Shown: positions 1 through 11,643 of the stretch, piece after piece
Layout: each line of letters opens with the position of its first letter
How positions within the stretch are numbered: the first letter of the stretch is position 1
Source: Rotaria socialis
Lineage: Eukaryota
NCBI GenBank assembly: GCA_905331295.1
Contig: CAJNYD010000402.1
Coordinates: 1-44,010 of the forward strand
DNA length: 44,010 nucleotides
Direction of reading: 5' to 3'
Made by a program: the position numbers and the translations under genes
Notes under the pieces: generated by a model
The model's input: only the letters and a program-made list of their open reading frames with translations
What the model was told of the DNA's origin: nothing
The model's database searches: none

Positions 1-879
1 ATTCGTTCTAAAGATCCTCAATGTCATGATAAATCTTTGATTTGGGACGCCACTGAATGAATCTGTATTTTAATCCAACAAAAAAGTATAAAGAGTCTCT
101 TATACTGTAACTAGAGTACAATCTTTTCAGTATCGCAAAGTTCGAATCCAATACATTACATGTACTTTTGAATGCAACAGATGAACGTAGTAGAAAAAAT
201 GCAATACAGAAAGAATATTTCTCTTATGTATGGTAAAAACTCCAATCCTGAAACATGTTTATAATAAATGAGTACAGTGTATTCTAATAAATATCACTGT
301 AGAAAAAGTCATAAACAATATCATTAACTGATGCCTTAGTTACAGATTTCATTTTTCGAAACAGTAATCAGACACAAATAACTGTAACCCATTCCTATGA
401 TTATGAAGATTTCCTGATCAGCGTTGCATATCTATCACACAACGCCACCTGAAGAACCTAAAGAAAAGGAACCGTGTAGCTATTTTATATTTTTCCCTTT
501 TTTTCGCCCTTCTTGCTCTAAAAAGTAAGTAAGCGCGAGAAAGTCGTGCATCATCATCATCAGCAGCATTGTGACATCAGCTCTATTTGATGATTTTTCA
601 AGCAATTGAAACTGCATCCTTCTCATGATTTGGCTATGCTAATACTGAATAAAAGCCGCAATCCGAAATATACATTAGAAAAATGCTCGAATGACGAGTT
701 CACGATTGATTTTAGATGCATAGATGGTACATTTGTAGCAAAACGTCGAACACTCATAGAAATACTTATATATCGGTAAGAAACGTAAATAAATAAGAGA
801 AACATACGAAGTCATAGATCTGTTTAAAAAGCGATGATAAATCTTAAATAGCTAGAGAAAACACTTTCAGATATGTCTT

Positions 880-1830
880 TATATTCTTGATGATCGTTTC
901 GAACAACTTCATACACCTCATATTGAATTGGCTGATATTTTTTCTCCATCAGAAGAAATTGAAAATCAAGTTAGTTTTAAAAGAAAATAAATTTGACTGT
1001 TTTTACTTTTGTTTCTCTAAAAAAAATTCCAAATCTGAAATGTTTTGTTTTGTCTCGCTTGTTGAAAACATTATTTTACAATGAATTAATTTTGTCACTT
1101 TTCTATCGAATGCCAAATTTAGAAAAATTTGTGATGAATCTAGCAGTCTCTGTTAAAGAAATATTTATTGATGGTCATAATTTAAAGAAAAATGTTTCTA
1201 ATCATATATCACAAATAAAACAATTTACATTTGATATACATTCTTATATATGTGTATCAATAATGAAATAAATTTACCATTGAAAGAAGATATTCAACGA
1301 ACATTCGATGATTTTCCGTATACAAATATAATATCTTGTGTTGATTATTTTCTAGAGTATAAATAGGATGTATGTCATATTTATTCGTATCCGTTTTTCA
1401 TGAAACATTATGAAAATATTACAAATAATTTTAATTTTTCACGTGATTTATATCCATATATTCGTGTTGTATCATTATGTGATGAATATCTTTTTGAACA
1501 TATATTTTTTATTCAAATTGCTCAATCATTTCCATTTATGAAAAAACTATCTATCACTAATCGTCCAGAACAAAATCATAAACAATCTTATAAATTAATG
1601 AATAATAATCAGAATTTATCAATTATTAAATGTAATTATTTTATTGAACTTGATATAGATCGATCTCATGATAATTATATCATGAAGAATTTTTATGTAA
1701 TATGAAAACATGTTTCTAAAATAATATCCTTCTTTATGGCGATTATGAAGCATTACAAAGAGTAACACATAATTTTACAAGAGGTGATAGACGAATTAAT
1801 GGTACTAAAATAAATAAACTATGTTTATAG
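880..1830 (+). pseudogene. Frameshifted C-terminal fragment of a rotifer-expanded F-box-associated protein family
   Basis: ORFs 993-1271 (RMPNLEKF..FIDGHNLKKN..QFTFDIHS) and 1400-1705 (YENITNNF..RVVSLCDEYLFEHIFFIQIAQSFPFMKKLS) are collinear pieces in different frames, followed by YEALQRVTHNFTR near 1744. I recognise these motifs from the bdelloid F-box-domain family. No F-box N-terminus is visible. Confidence 0.65.
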
Positions 1831-3851
1831 AAAATTGAAATGTTCAAAATCTTTATAAAATTATTTTTCATTTGCAATTATAGATTGATATATTATTATT
1901 ACATTGCGAATAAAAGAGAAAAGTATCTTATATTCTATACTGTTATGAGATAATAATGGTATTAGAAAATATAATATGTAAAATAAATTTATTTTATTTA
2001 ATTAAAGTATATTTCTAATGCAGGATATTTAAATGTTAATAGAAGAATTTCAACTCTACATCATTGGAACACAAATTAATTTTACATGATTTCTGTCATT
2101 CAAAAATTTGTTTTTACCTCTTGATTTTTATGAATATTTATTTACCAGTATTCATGAGAAGGATATTTTTATGAAGAAAAAAAACAAAATATAAAATAGA
2201 AATTTATCTTCATATCCAATTGATAATTTCCTTTCAAGCTCGTACTTTAGTGATAGATAAAAGCCCTAGAAGTGTTTATGCTATAGCTACTGTATTTAAC
2301 AGAAACAAAGATAACAAATAACAACGTTTCTATACATGATATATCATTATTATCATATGTATGAAAAGAGTTAATAAATAAGATTATATTTGATTTTTCT
2401 TTCCGAATAATTATAAAAAATTGATTAAATAAGGCATTTTCTGAATAAATCAAAAAAAAAATAACAAAATTGAATAGATTATTCCACAAAAGAATCAATT
2501 ATAATCGGTTTCAACTATAAAAACCCGTTGTGTAGATCAAAAACTACATTTATTTTAATTGATAATGTCTGTAATAAATATATTATCATCGGTTTTAACG
2601 AATTACAAAAAATGATCCGTTAAAACTTATTTTATTTAAGGTAGTCTTAATAATTGATTAAAATAAGAATTTTTAAAATTGCTTAAATTAGTAACCAATT
2701 ACAAATTATTAACGAAAGAAAATCTGAAGAACAGATTGAAAATCAAACCCATTTTAATTGATTAAATTCCTTTTTTTCTTATTATATATTACTTTTTTGT
2801 TCCATATTGGAATATATTTTTCATTAAAAGATCGAATAGTCATAACTTTGTTTTTGTTTTTCTTAAATCAATTCATTACTCTGGTAGTTTCTTCTAAATA
2901 GCAAAGTACCAACAGATATTTAGTCAACTGAAACGAAGTAACTACTACATATACTTTTGTTTCATATTTCTATTAAAAATATTGATTATATAGTTTGTTT
3001 GAATATATCTTTCTCGTTAGCTTTTATCCATAAACTATAAAAAAAACAATTATTTATTTTTTTCTATCTTGAATAAGTAGTATACGAATATAATTCAGTT
3101 AACTTTTTTTCTGAAAGACTTACTCACTTTTCTTTGATTAGCGTAGCATCATTTTATTTTGCGTCAATAAATATTGTGAAGCGACCGCGCAGGATTCTCA
3201 GATGTGGGGTCGAATCTAATCGAAGAGGTTCACCTCTAAATTCGGAAATATGAACTAAATTATTTAAAGACTCATAATAGTTGTTAATATATTTTATAAA
3301 ATAAAAGTCAATTGACTCGGTAATTATTTGTGTTTCTTTACTTTTTTCTGTTCATCAAACAAAAACCTTCGCTGTCATATGGTTAAAATTGAAAATTTGA
3401 CTAAGCTTTTATCTTGAACGTAATTCAGAAAAGTGATAGTTACAAAATGAATAGAGATTGATTTTCTCTATTCGTTGCTTGAAATTCTTAGTGAGCGACT
3501 TGATATTGTAGTACAAGATGATATATTTATTAATCTTCTCAATTTTTTACCGACAAAATCAATTATTGATCAATCTTGTTGAGTGCGTAGATGTAGGTGT
3601 GAATATACTATTTTTAATTCAGTATACACTAGCAATCATCCTTGCTCACATTAGAAAGTAAGAATTAAATAAGTTTTTTTTCGTAACAAAACTTACTCAT
3701 ACTCGCTCTAACAATATCATGTGAAACAGCAGTTCTAATAATGAATTAAAATAAGTATGATCGATGTGCAAAGAACAAATTATATAATATGTAATCCGGT
3801 AATAAAGAAAAAGAAAAACCTAGTCAGATAATAATACAAAAAACACATGTT

Positions 3852-4862
3852 TTATTTAGAATCGAATTGCCATTTGTCTGCTGTATCATTATCGATATTT
3901 GGTATAATTGATTCTATAATAAATTGACGAAATTTTGTTGAAGCGACTGGTAAATACTTGTTGAATGTTTCTTTATTGAAGAAAACATCGTTATGTTTTC
4001 GTTTTCGCGAATTGGCCACTCCAATATGTATTCCAGCAAATTTTCCAGTTGAATATAATACTACACCTCCACTTGATCCTCTTAATGTACTACAACTATG
4101 CATGACATGTTTATCATTTGAAGGTGAGTCTTGAATAAGACGCCCGATAGAAACTGATTTGTGGTTAGCATTATGATAAAAATTTAATTTATCAATTGAA
4201 ACATTTTCAAAACCTTTTTCATCTTTATAAGGATTTAATTCGTTGTTATCAGTTAATTCTCCATTATAACTAATCAAAAATAATTGAGAATTCATTGGAA
4301 TATCATTTGATTTAGGTAATAATGAATTCAATTTCGGATCGAAAAATTCATTTGATGATAAACTTTGTATAGGTTTATCTAATAAAAGAATAGCAAGATC
4401 AGTTGTATTGACATTTGATTCATCATAATTCGACATATTATCTTGTATCAAGCCACGTCGAAATAGTTTTGCTTCAATTAAATCATCACTAGGATTAAAC
4501 ATAGAAAATAAACTTTCATTGGCTGGATCTAAGCAACATATAACAATTTTAGAATGACGAATAGGTTTATCTTCCCATTCAATAGCATCGAAATTGTGTG
4601 CACACGTTAAAACTAGTTTATCATTTAATAACAGTCCACTACCAAAAAATAACTGAATACTGGAACCAGTTTCATAAAAAACACCTATTCTGACAATTAA
4701 TCGACGAATACTTAATAAAGATGATATTATTAAACTGTCACGTGAAATTTCTGGTAAAGTAATTCGACATTTCGATTCATTATAAAGATAATTATATGTT
4801 CGATTTAATGATTTTGTTTCATAATTAAAAAATGCTCTTTCGTTTGGAACGAATGTAACCAT
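3852..4862 (-). CDS. Intronless trypsin-like (PA clan, Trypsin_2-type) serine protease, 336 aa
   Basis: Catalytic triad motifs in the correct order: VLTCAH (His), TTDLAILLL (Asp), HSCSTLRGSSGG (Ser). Open from ATG to stop; no signal peptide evident. Confidence 0.85.
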   Translation of the reverse strand: MVTFVPNERAFFNYETKSLNRTYNYLYNESKCRITLPEISRDSLIISSLLSIRRLIVRIGVFYETGSSIQLFFGSGLLLNDKLVLTCAHNFDAIEWEDKPIRHSKIVICCLDPANESLFSMFNPSDDLIEAKLFRRGLIQDNMSNYDESNVNTTDLAILLLDKPIQSLSSNEFFDPKLNSLLPKSNDIPMNSQLFLISYNGELTDNNELNPYKDEKGFENVSIDKLNFYHNANHKSVSIGRLIQDSPSNDKHVMHSCSTLRGSSGGVVLYSTGKFAGIHIGVANSRKRKHNDVFFNKETFNKYLPVASTKFRQFIIESIIPNIDNDTADKWQFDSK

Positions 4863-5051
4863 TTTATTTAGTTGATTTTTGACAAATATTTGTTCATCTG
4901 AACTAGACTAAAAGAAAATAATTGCACGAGTTCATCTAAAAAAACTCAATAAAAACGAGTGAACATTATAAAACGAATCGAATTGTCAACAAATGATATA
5001 TTTCTATCTTTTATCGAATTTCAAAAAACACTTTTTACAAGTATTAATCTA

Positions 5052-6585
5052 ACGAGGGAAGGTCCCCAAGTGTTTATCCGGGGTTCACAATGAAAACTAT
5101 ATGACGATTACAAGTCAAGTACTCGTATCTCAAATGTGAAAAAAATAGCGGCTGAGACTGGATCAACAAAAAGATTTTAATTAAAATATTTTTCAATATA
5201 AAATATTTTTCAATGAAAGCCCTGAGGGGGGACCACAAGTGAATTTTTCTATGAGAACAATATTTTGTGGAAAATTCTGAAACATGTATGAGTTGATTAA
5301 GATATTTTTTACAATTTAAAATATAAGTTTAGTGTTAGTTTGTGCTGTATTTTTTAATGCAAAACTTGCTAAAACATGATTAATTAAAATTCGTACAAAA
5401 GTATGTCTTCAGTAAAACCATTTACGAAGTTCGTTAATGACTGACTCTGAAAGAATTGAAAAATATGAGACGTCTCAGTATTTGAAAGAGATCGTTAACA
5501 TAAAGTTTCATTGAGTTATTACTGTCTTCTATCTGTGAAAGAATTTTTAATAATAAGCATAAGATTGGTATGATTAATGAATACCACCAGAAACGACAAG
5601 GAAATTCAACCTTTGAATTGTTATTTTTTCGACCATGAAAATATTTTAAGCAAAAGAATATGATCGTGTGACCATTGATGAAACCAATATTGACATCTCT
5701 TGTAGAAACAATATTTTAAAAATGCATTCTTTGATTCACAACCAGTTCGTGGCACAAATATTTTCGTCTATGATCAAATATTGCTGGTATTCAAGTGGAT
5801 ATTTTTAAAAAGACCCTGAACTGTCCAGAAATGTTTCGGATATTTGTTGTCTTTTAATCAAGACTTTTGTTCTAGGATAACATGAAACGAGTTTTCTTTC
5901 ATTAGTTGCAACTATTGTAATCGTGTACTATGCTTTAACCAATATTTCTTTCTTGATCATAAACATTAATAAAATATACTTATTGCTTTCGATTAGAAAA
6001 TCTTTACTGTCAATCTACGCTAGAAGACGAGTCGGGTACTTTACTTGGTTGTTTATTCACTGGGTATATCAATCTTATGCTTATTATTAAAAATTCTTTC
6101 ACAGATAGAAGACAGTAATAACTCAATGAAACTTTATGTTAACGATCTCTTTCAAATACTGAGAAGTCTCATATTTTTCAATTCTTTCAGAGTCAGTCAT
6201 TAACGAACTTCGTAAATGGTTTTACTGAAGACATACTTTTGTACGAATTTTAATTAATCATGTTTTAGCAAGTTTTGCATTAAAAAATACAGCACAAACT
6301 AACACTAAACTTATATTTTAAATTGTAAAAAATATCTTAATCAACTCATACATGTTTCAGAATTTTCCACAAAATATTGTTCTCATAGAAAAATTCACTT
6401 GTGGTCCCCCCTCAGGGCTTTCATTGAAAAATATTTTATATTGAAAAATATTTTAATTAAAATATTTTTGTTGATCCAGTCTCAGCCGCTAATTTTTTTA
6501 CATTTGAGATACGAGTACTTGACTTGTAATCGTCATATAGTTTTCATTGTGAACCCCGGATAAACACTTGGGGACCTTCCCTCGT
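5052..6585. mobile_element. Internally deleted Tc1/mariner-pogo-like foldback element with ~520-bp terminal inverted repeats
   Basis: TA|ACGAGGGAAGGTCCCCAAG at 5050 is the reverse complement of CTTGGGGACCTTCCCTCGT|TA at 6587. Arms ~5052-5570 and ~6067-6585 are near identical. The spacer holds a decayed transposase C-terminus. Confidence 0.9.
5578..5968 (+). pseudogene. Decayed DDE-1/pogo-like transposase C-terminal remnant
   Basis: With frameshifts it reads IPPETT..QPLNCYFF..DRVTIDETNIDISCRNNILKMHSLIHNQFVAQIFSSMIKYCWYSSGY and ends FISCNYCNRVLCFNQYFFLDHKH. The P..TT..QPL motif is typical of pogo DDE domains. Confidence 0.6.
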
Positions 6586-7178
6586 TAAAGAACATCATTT
6601 TACATTAGTAAAATTCCTTTTTACTCTTGTACTAAGGTAGTTTAACGTGAAAAAGTCGTAAGAAATGTTTTTTCTCTTACCGATGAATTTAAATCATTCA
6701 TCATCAATAAAAACCGATACCAAATTTGTTAATTCAGTAGAGAATATTATATTTAATATAAAATAAAAAGCAGTTCTTGATATAATATAGACGAATCTAT
6801 AAATACTAAAAAATAAATAAGTGACAAAGTGAAAGAAAAAAAAACATGAATATTAAAATATAGAATTTAAAAAAAGAATATTATACATGGCATATTTGCT
6901 CATGAATTACTTTAAATATCTCTGGAATGTGAAACGAAAAACAAAGACACAAAAGAACAAACTAAAAATATCATTGGTTATTTTATTATTTCATTCTTAA
7001 GATGTCGCCCTTTTACAGGCAATTTGTTCATATCGGTGAGGTAATTGTGATCAGTGTTTCTAATATAAATATGAAGTACCTCAAGGAAAAGTAAAGTACT
7101 GGTGGTATTTACGATTTTGAAAAAGTACTGTGTTTTGTACTAACACACTACATCAACGGTACTTTGTTAATTAAAATC

Positions 7179-7545
7179 CACTGTAAAAAATGCCATCCGT
7201 CTTACAAGACGGTGTATGTGCCTATAGTTCGGTTTAGACTGAACATGTGTCTTATTTTTAGACACATGACTGAAATTACACAATATTACGTCTTAGTTAT
7301 CATTTAGGCAAGATTTACATTAGTAGTTAGTTCTACACAACGGAATTTTATTATATTAATAATTAAATATAGAACGGCGTGGGTGTGGGTATGGGTGTGT
7401 ATCTCTCGATGAATGACGTAATAAACATCCACCATGACTTACAGATCTCACCGACACCCACATCCACACGAATCCGCACACACACACCATACCCACACCC
7501 CCACACACCCTCCGTTTGAAATTCGGTGAGTTTTTTTACGGAGTG
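7179..7545. mobile_element. Possible MITE with CACTG-type termini containing telomere-like repeats
   Basis: CACTGTAAAAAA at 7179 and TTTTTTTACGGAGTG ending at 7545 form an imperfect inverted pair; no clear TSD. Confidence 0.35.
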
Positions 7546-7668
7546 TTAGCAAAACACAAAGCAAGAGTCGATATATACGTAAATACAAAAAGGTAATTTC
7601 TCTGTTCAAGCAACAAAGCATTATTTATTATCTCGAATATCAAAGCAACAGTATCATTGACGACTACC

Positions 7669-8088
7669 ATGGCTGCAAGACGAGGCATGGGCAAAGATTT
7701 CATCGTGATTTGGGTCGACAGAAATATTGACCCATCAAATGAAGATTGCCAGAACACATTAACACAACTGCGCCATGTAGCCAATGAAATTCAGGAGTGT
7801 TCCACAGCCGAACAATGTATTACAAGTCTAAAAAAAACAATAAAGAGAAAGCATTTGTCATCTCGTCTGGTACATTAGGACAATATCTGGTACCACGCAT
7901 TCATGGCATGCCACAATTAGATACAATATATATATATTGTGGCAACAAAGAACTACATAAAGCATGGGCCGACAAATGGACAAAAATCAACGGAGTGCAT
8001 ACATCAATTAAGCCCATTTGTGAGGCATTACATGTGGCTGTCAAACAATACAATCAAGACAATATACACGTCAGTATTATTGTACTTG
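7669..8088 (+). pseudogene. N-terminal domain of the rotifer ART-associated family, frameshifted
   Basis: ATG at 7669 gives FIVIWVDRNIDPSNEDCQNTLTQLR. A frameshift in the A-run at ~7830 leads to KAFVISSGTLGQYLVPRIHGMPQLDTIYIYCGNK..W..KWTKINGVHT. The same domain type begins the ART-TPR gene at 29546. A GT donor lies at 8089. Confidence 0.7.
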
Positions 8089-8263
8089 GTAAAAGGATTT
8101 CAAGTGTGGGTGTAGGTCTGGGTCTGGATGTGCAAGTGAGTGTGAACAAATGGGGATACTATACCATCACCCACATCCAAAAAAACATTCGCATCCAGAC
8201 CCAGAAACACACACATGCCTATGTACGAAACTCAAAGGTTCAGTAATTCGTCAATTATTTTAG

Positions 8264-9813
8264 ATCGTGGAGCCCTGCTGCTGCGTCCCTGTTACATATG
8301 AGGACATTGATCATGAAACGCTTGTGCGCGTTACACATCTGCACTGGAGTAAAGCGTACGATCGTGGGTACTGCACCAAGAGATGCACTAAGCATAATAC
8401 GACATCGTTGCACATCCCAGGTCATTCAATCCGACGCAGGATCCTATCGGATCTTATAGGATCCTACCAACCTATAGGATTTTATCGGATTACCGGGTTG
8501 AGGAACCCAACAACGATATCGGACTGTCGGAAGCAGTAAGCATTCCTACTATGGGTTTCAATCGATTTCCAATAGGATACGACGATCATCTCTAGATTTC
8601 CCTTGCATACTTCATGCTCTTTTATAGCATCTAATTCGACCCACATCAGCACTTAAAGCCAAACATTTTTGGCAAATTATCGTTCAAATCCTTTGTGCTT
8701 CTTACCGGTTTCAACGACATTCTACACAGTGAAGACTTGAACGTTTCCACCAAGACATAAAACAGATTTTTCAAAATTAACAGACATTGTTATAGGTTAT
8801 CGCGGTCCAGTAACCCGAATATGTAGTTAGTTTTTCGAGGCGGGCTTCCATTGGTCAGAAAATAGGTCCATCCCAGAGTCAAAAGCTGTAAAGGTAGATT
8901 TTTCATTTTAACTCCGAGCTAAATTCTGAGGTAAGTTTGTAATAGGTTATGGAGGTCCACGAATCCAAATCTGGCATCGTCGATGGCGCCACGGAATCCA
9001 ATAGTTGAATGATGGTTGTTTTCGATGGGTTTTCCGCTGTAAGATTGCATTGGATTCCCAACCCGGGATCCGATAGTTGAATGGTGGTTGTTTCCGATGT
9101 GGTTCCAGTTGTAGGATGTGATTGGATTCCGATCCGACGGATTCCCCTCGGATTCCTCAACCCGGTAATCTGATGTTTTCCTATAGGATCCTTATCAAAT
9201 CTTATGGGATTCGATCGGAATCCGATGGGATCTGACCGGTTCCGATCAGATCCTATTGTGGGATTGATCGACTTGGGCACGTACTGGGAATGCCGACTAG
9301 CGTCTTCACCGGAGCTATTTCCGTACTATGTTTCATGCAATTGGTACCGTCTCAGTTTGCAGGTGAATTTTACATCGCTTCCAGATTGGGGTTCAAACTG
9401 GCACACGCTGTACCACGACACACATCCTCAAAACATTCACAAGATTGTTGAAAACGGACTTTTCGTTCGTCAATGCCAACATGGATTTCTAGAATTGTAT
9501 ATGTCTCCTAGTATTGCTTATTGCTCGCACCCAAGGTATGCACGCGTGGTTGTGAAGGATGAGGCGTTCTTTCAGTTTGTGCTTGAGATAGGAGTCGATG
9601 TTAGAAAATTGCAGCCCTTGAAGAAACGTGAAACCGCTCAGCGTTGGTACTGAGGGTGACATCGACCCATATTTCCCGAACAACGAAGATCTTGAGTTCT
9701 TATTTAAAGCGGAGAATGGAAAGTATCTAAAACCTAAGGAGGATGTAGTTTTAACTGGTGTCATGGTTCGAAAAATAAATTTTGACCCTGCATTGCTGCG
9801 GTCGAGTTGGTAA
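8264..9813 (+). pseudogene. NEURL4-C-terminal/PARP-like (H-Y type) ADP-ribosyltransferase-fold gene, interrupted by a MITE and a frameshift
   Basis: RGYCTKRC (8264-8415), then after the insertion WYRLSL..WHTLYHDT..IVENGL..LYMSPSIAYCSHPRYA..FQFVLE..RET, then a +1 frameshift at ~9635 to IDPYFPNNEDLEF. These match the YHGT / Y.SPSI.Y / IDP.F.N.ELE pattern. Confidence 0.6.
8416..9277. mobile_element. Non-autonomous DNA transposon with CCCAG..TGGG termini and GGATCC/ATCCGA-rich subterminal repeats
   Basis: CCCAGGTCATTCAATCC at 8416 pairs imperfectly with GGATTGATCGACTTGGG ending at 9277. Flanks are CAT and CAC, and removing the element plus 3 bp restores the host reading frame. Confidence 0.75.
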
Positions 9814-11643
9814 TGGTGCAAATGGGTTAATCTGGAGCAGTTTCATCGACATTATTACAGCGGCATGGCACATAATGACAGTGCAGACTGACTTTTCTTG
9901 ATCCTCAAATATACTTCTGACTTCAGCGAGGGTGAGAAAGAGAACAGTTAACATAATCTAGATTCGGCTTCAACAACGAAGTTTATTAGATGATAAATGA
10001 TCTTTATGATTTCAAAGAAATCAATAGAAAAAAACTGAACGGTATAGGGTGTGATTGTGGGGTGTAATGAAACCCTCTTTCATTCCATTCTAATTCGAGC
10101 CGTCTGTAGGTTTTTCATTATATGAGATCGAAGAAGATGAATTCCATCAAGAAAAATTGCAAATAAACGTTTTCGATAAATGACTAAAACGAATCCAATT
10201 CTATTTAAATAATCAGGATAAATATTATTCAGATTTAATGAAATACAATCTAGAATAACTGACTTTGAAACTTTTTCTTTTTAACAATTGACTTATTTTT
10301 GATATTCTTTAAGCACGCATTTATTAAACTATAATTGGGAAACATTTCTGTATTATAATGTATGAAAACTCGCAAGTTAATATAATAAAATTTATAATTT
10401 TACTTTTATCTTTATAATAGAGTAGTTGTTTTATTGTGTAGAAATGTAAGAGACAGTCAATGGTATATAGTATAGAGTCAAATTTCGTCTGTAGTGAAGT
10501 TTACTGTAGATTTATTTCATCGTACCACAAACTTGACAGGAATTTGCCTATTTTAGCATTGTTTCTTTTTCCAGATGAGTTTTGATTTAAAGAAATTAGT
10601 ATGAATTCATTTTGACAAAAACAAATAATGAATGAGAAAACGATGTTATATAAACTTTTTGAGTACTGTTATCCCGCTCATATGATTAGTGATTTGATAA
10701 AATATATTTCATGCTATAAAGTTTATTCTTCTTAGTGTAGTCAAGTTCTATTGTATAGATTTGTCTATCGTTCGATCAGAGAAAAATATTATTATTTTTC
10801 TTTTTATTTTGCATATGAGGTACTTTTTTTAGCATGTCTATAAAGTAAAATAAATACAAATTGATACTTATAAAAGTAAACGTCTGTATTGAAGAAAGTA
10901 GTGAAGACATGGTCATACAGAATGTCTCAAAAGTCGTTGGCTAAAAGGTTTTTTGAATATCTTTGCTATGTTATTTAAAATTTATGCAATAACAATGGCG
11001 GGAGTGTGCACGAATCTTCTTAAGTCAATTCATAATCCGATACATGTGCAGTGCACATATTGCAGACTCAACAAGATGTTACTGAGAGACATATAAGTTA
11101 ATTATCCATCCGATTTCATAGATTTTGCTTTCTAGAATGCTGATGAAGAAATATTACATTTATCATAATCTGATATTCCAAGTACTCTTACAAAAAGAAA
11201 CATACAGATGTTAACAGACAATACAGCGATTTTTATATAATACTCCTTAACGATAAATTCTAATGGTTAGTTTTCAAATAAATCATCAAATCATATTTGT
11301 TTTTTAAAAGTATCGAACCTTTTAATAATAAAATAACGTATAGCTTCGAATCTTTTCATATTCATAAGAGTTGATATACAGAGAAATTGTATCAGATTTT
11401 CTTTATTATTGACTTTATTTCATCTCAATGTTAGAAAAAAATAAGTATTATATGTGCCGATACTTTAACAAAGTTCACCTTGCGTTTGAATATGTTTTCT
11501 TTGTCAATAAAGATATGTAAAAGGCATGGTAAGGGTAGATGTCTCATGATCAACATATAAACAGACCTATAAAAGCATTTCAACATATTTCATTCAACCA
11601 AATATATCTTTCAAGAAGAGCATAAAAACACGTGTCTCAAAAA

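Noticed and set aside
495..880. Hairpin plus (CAT)n microsatellite, possibly another HINE-like repeat
   Set aside because: Termini could not be defined from a single copy.
3175..3240. tRNA/SINE-like GGGTCGAATC B-box
   Set aside because: No cloverleaf or A-box could be built; at most a decayed SINE.
8903..9280. 125-aa ORF rich in SD/IG/RS motifs
   Set aside because: Translation of MITE subterminal repeats.
10917..10945. TA|CAGAATGTCTCAAAAGTC Tc1-like terminus
   Set aside because: No partner TIR found in the window.
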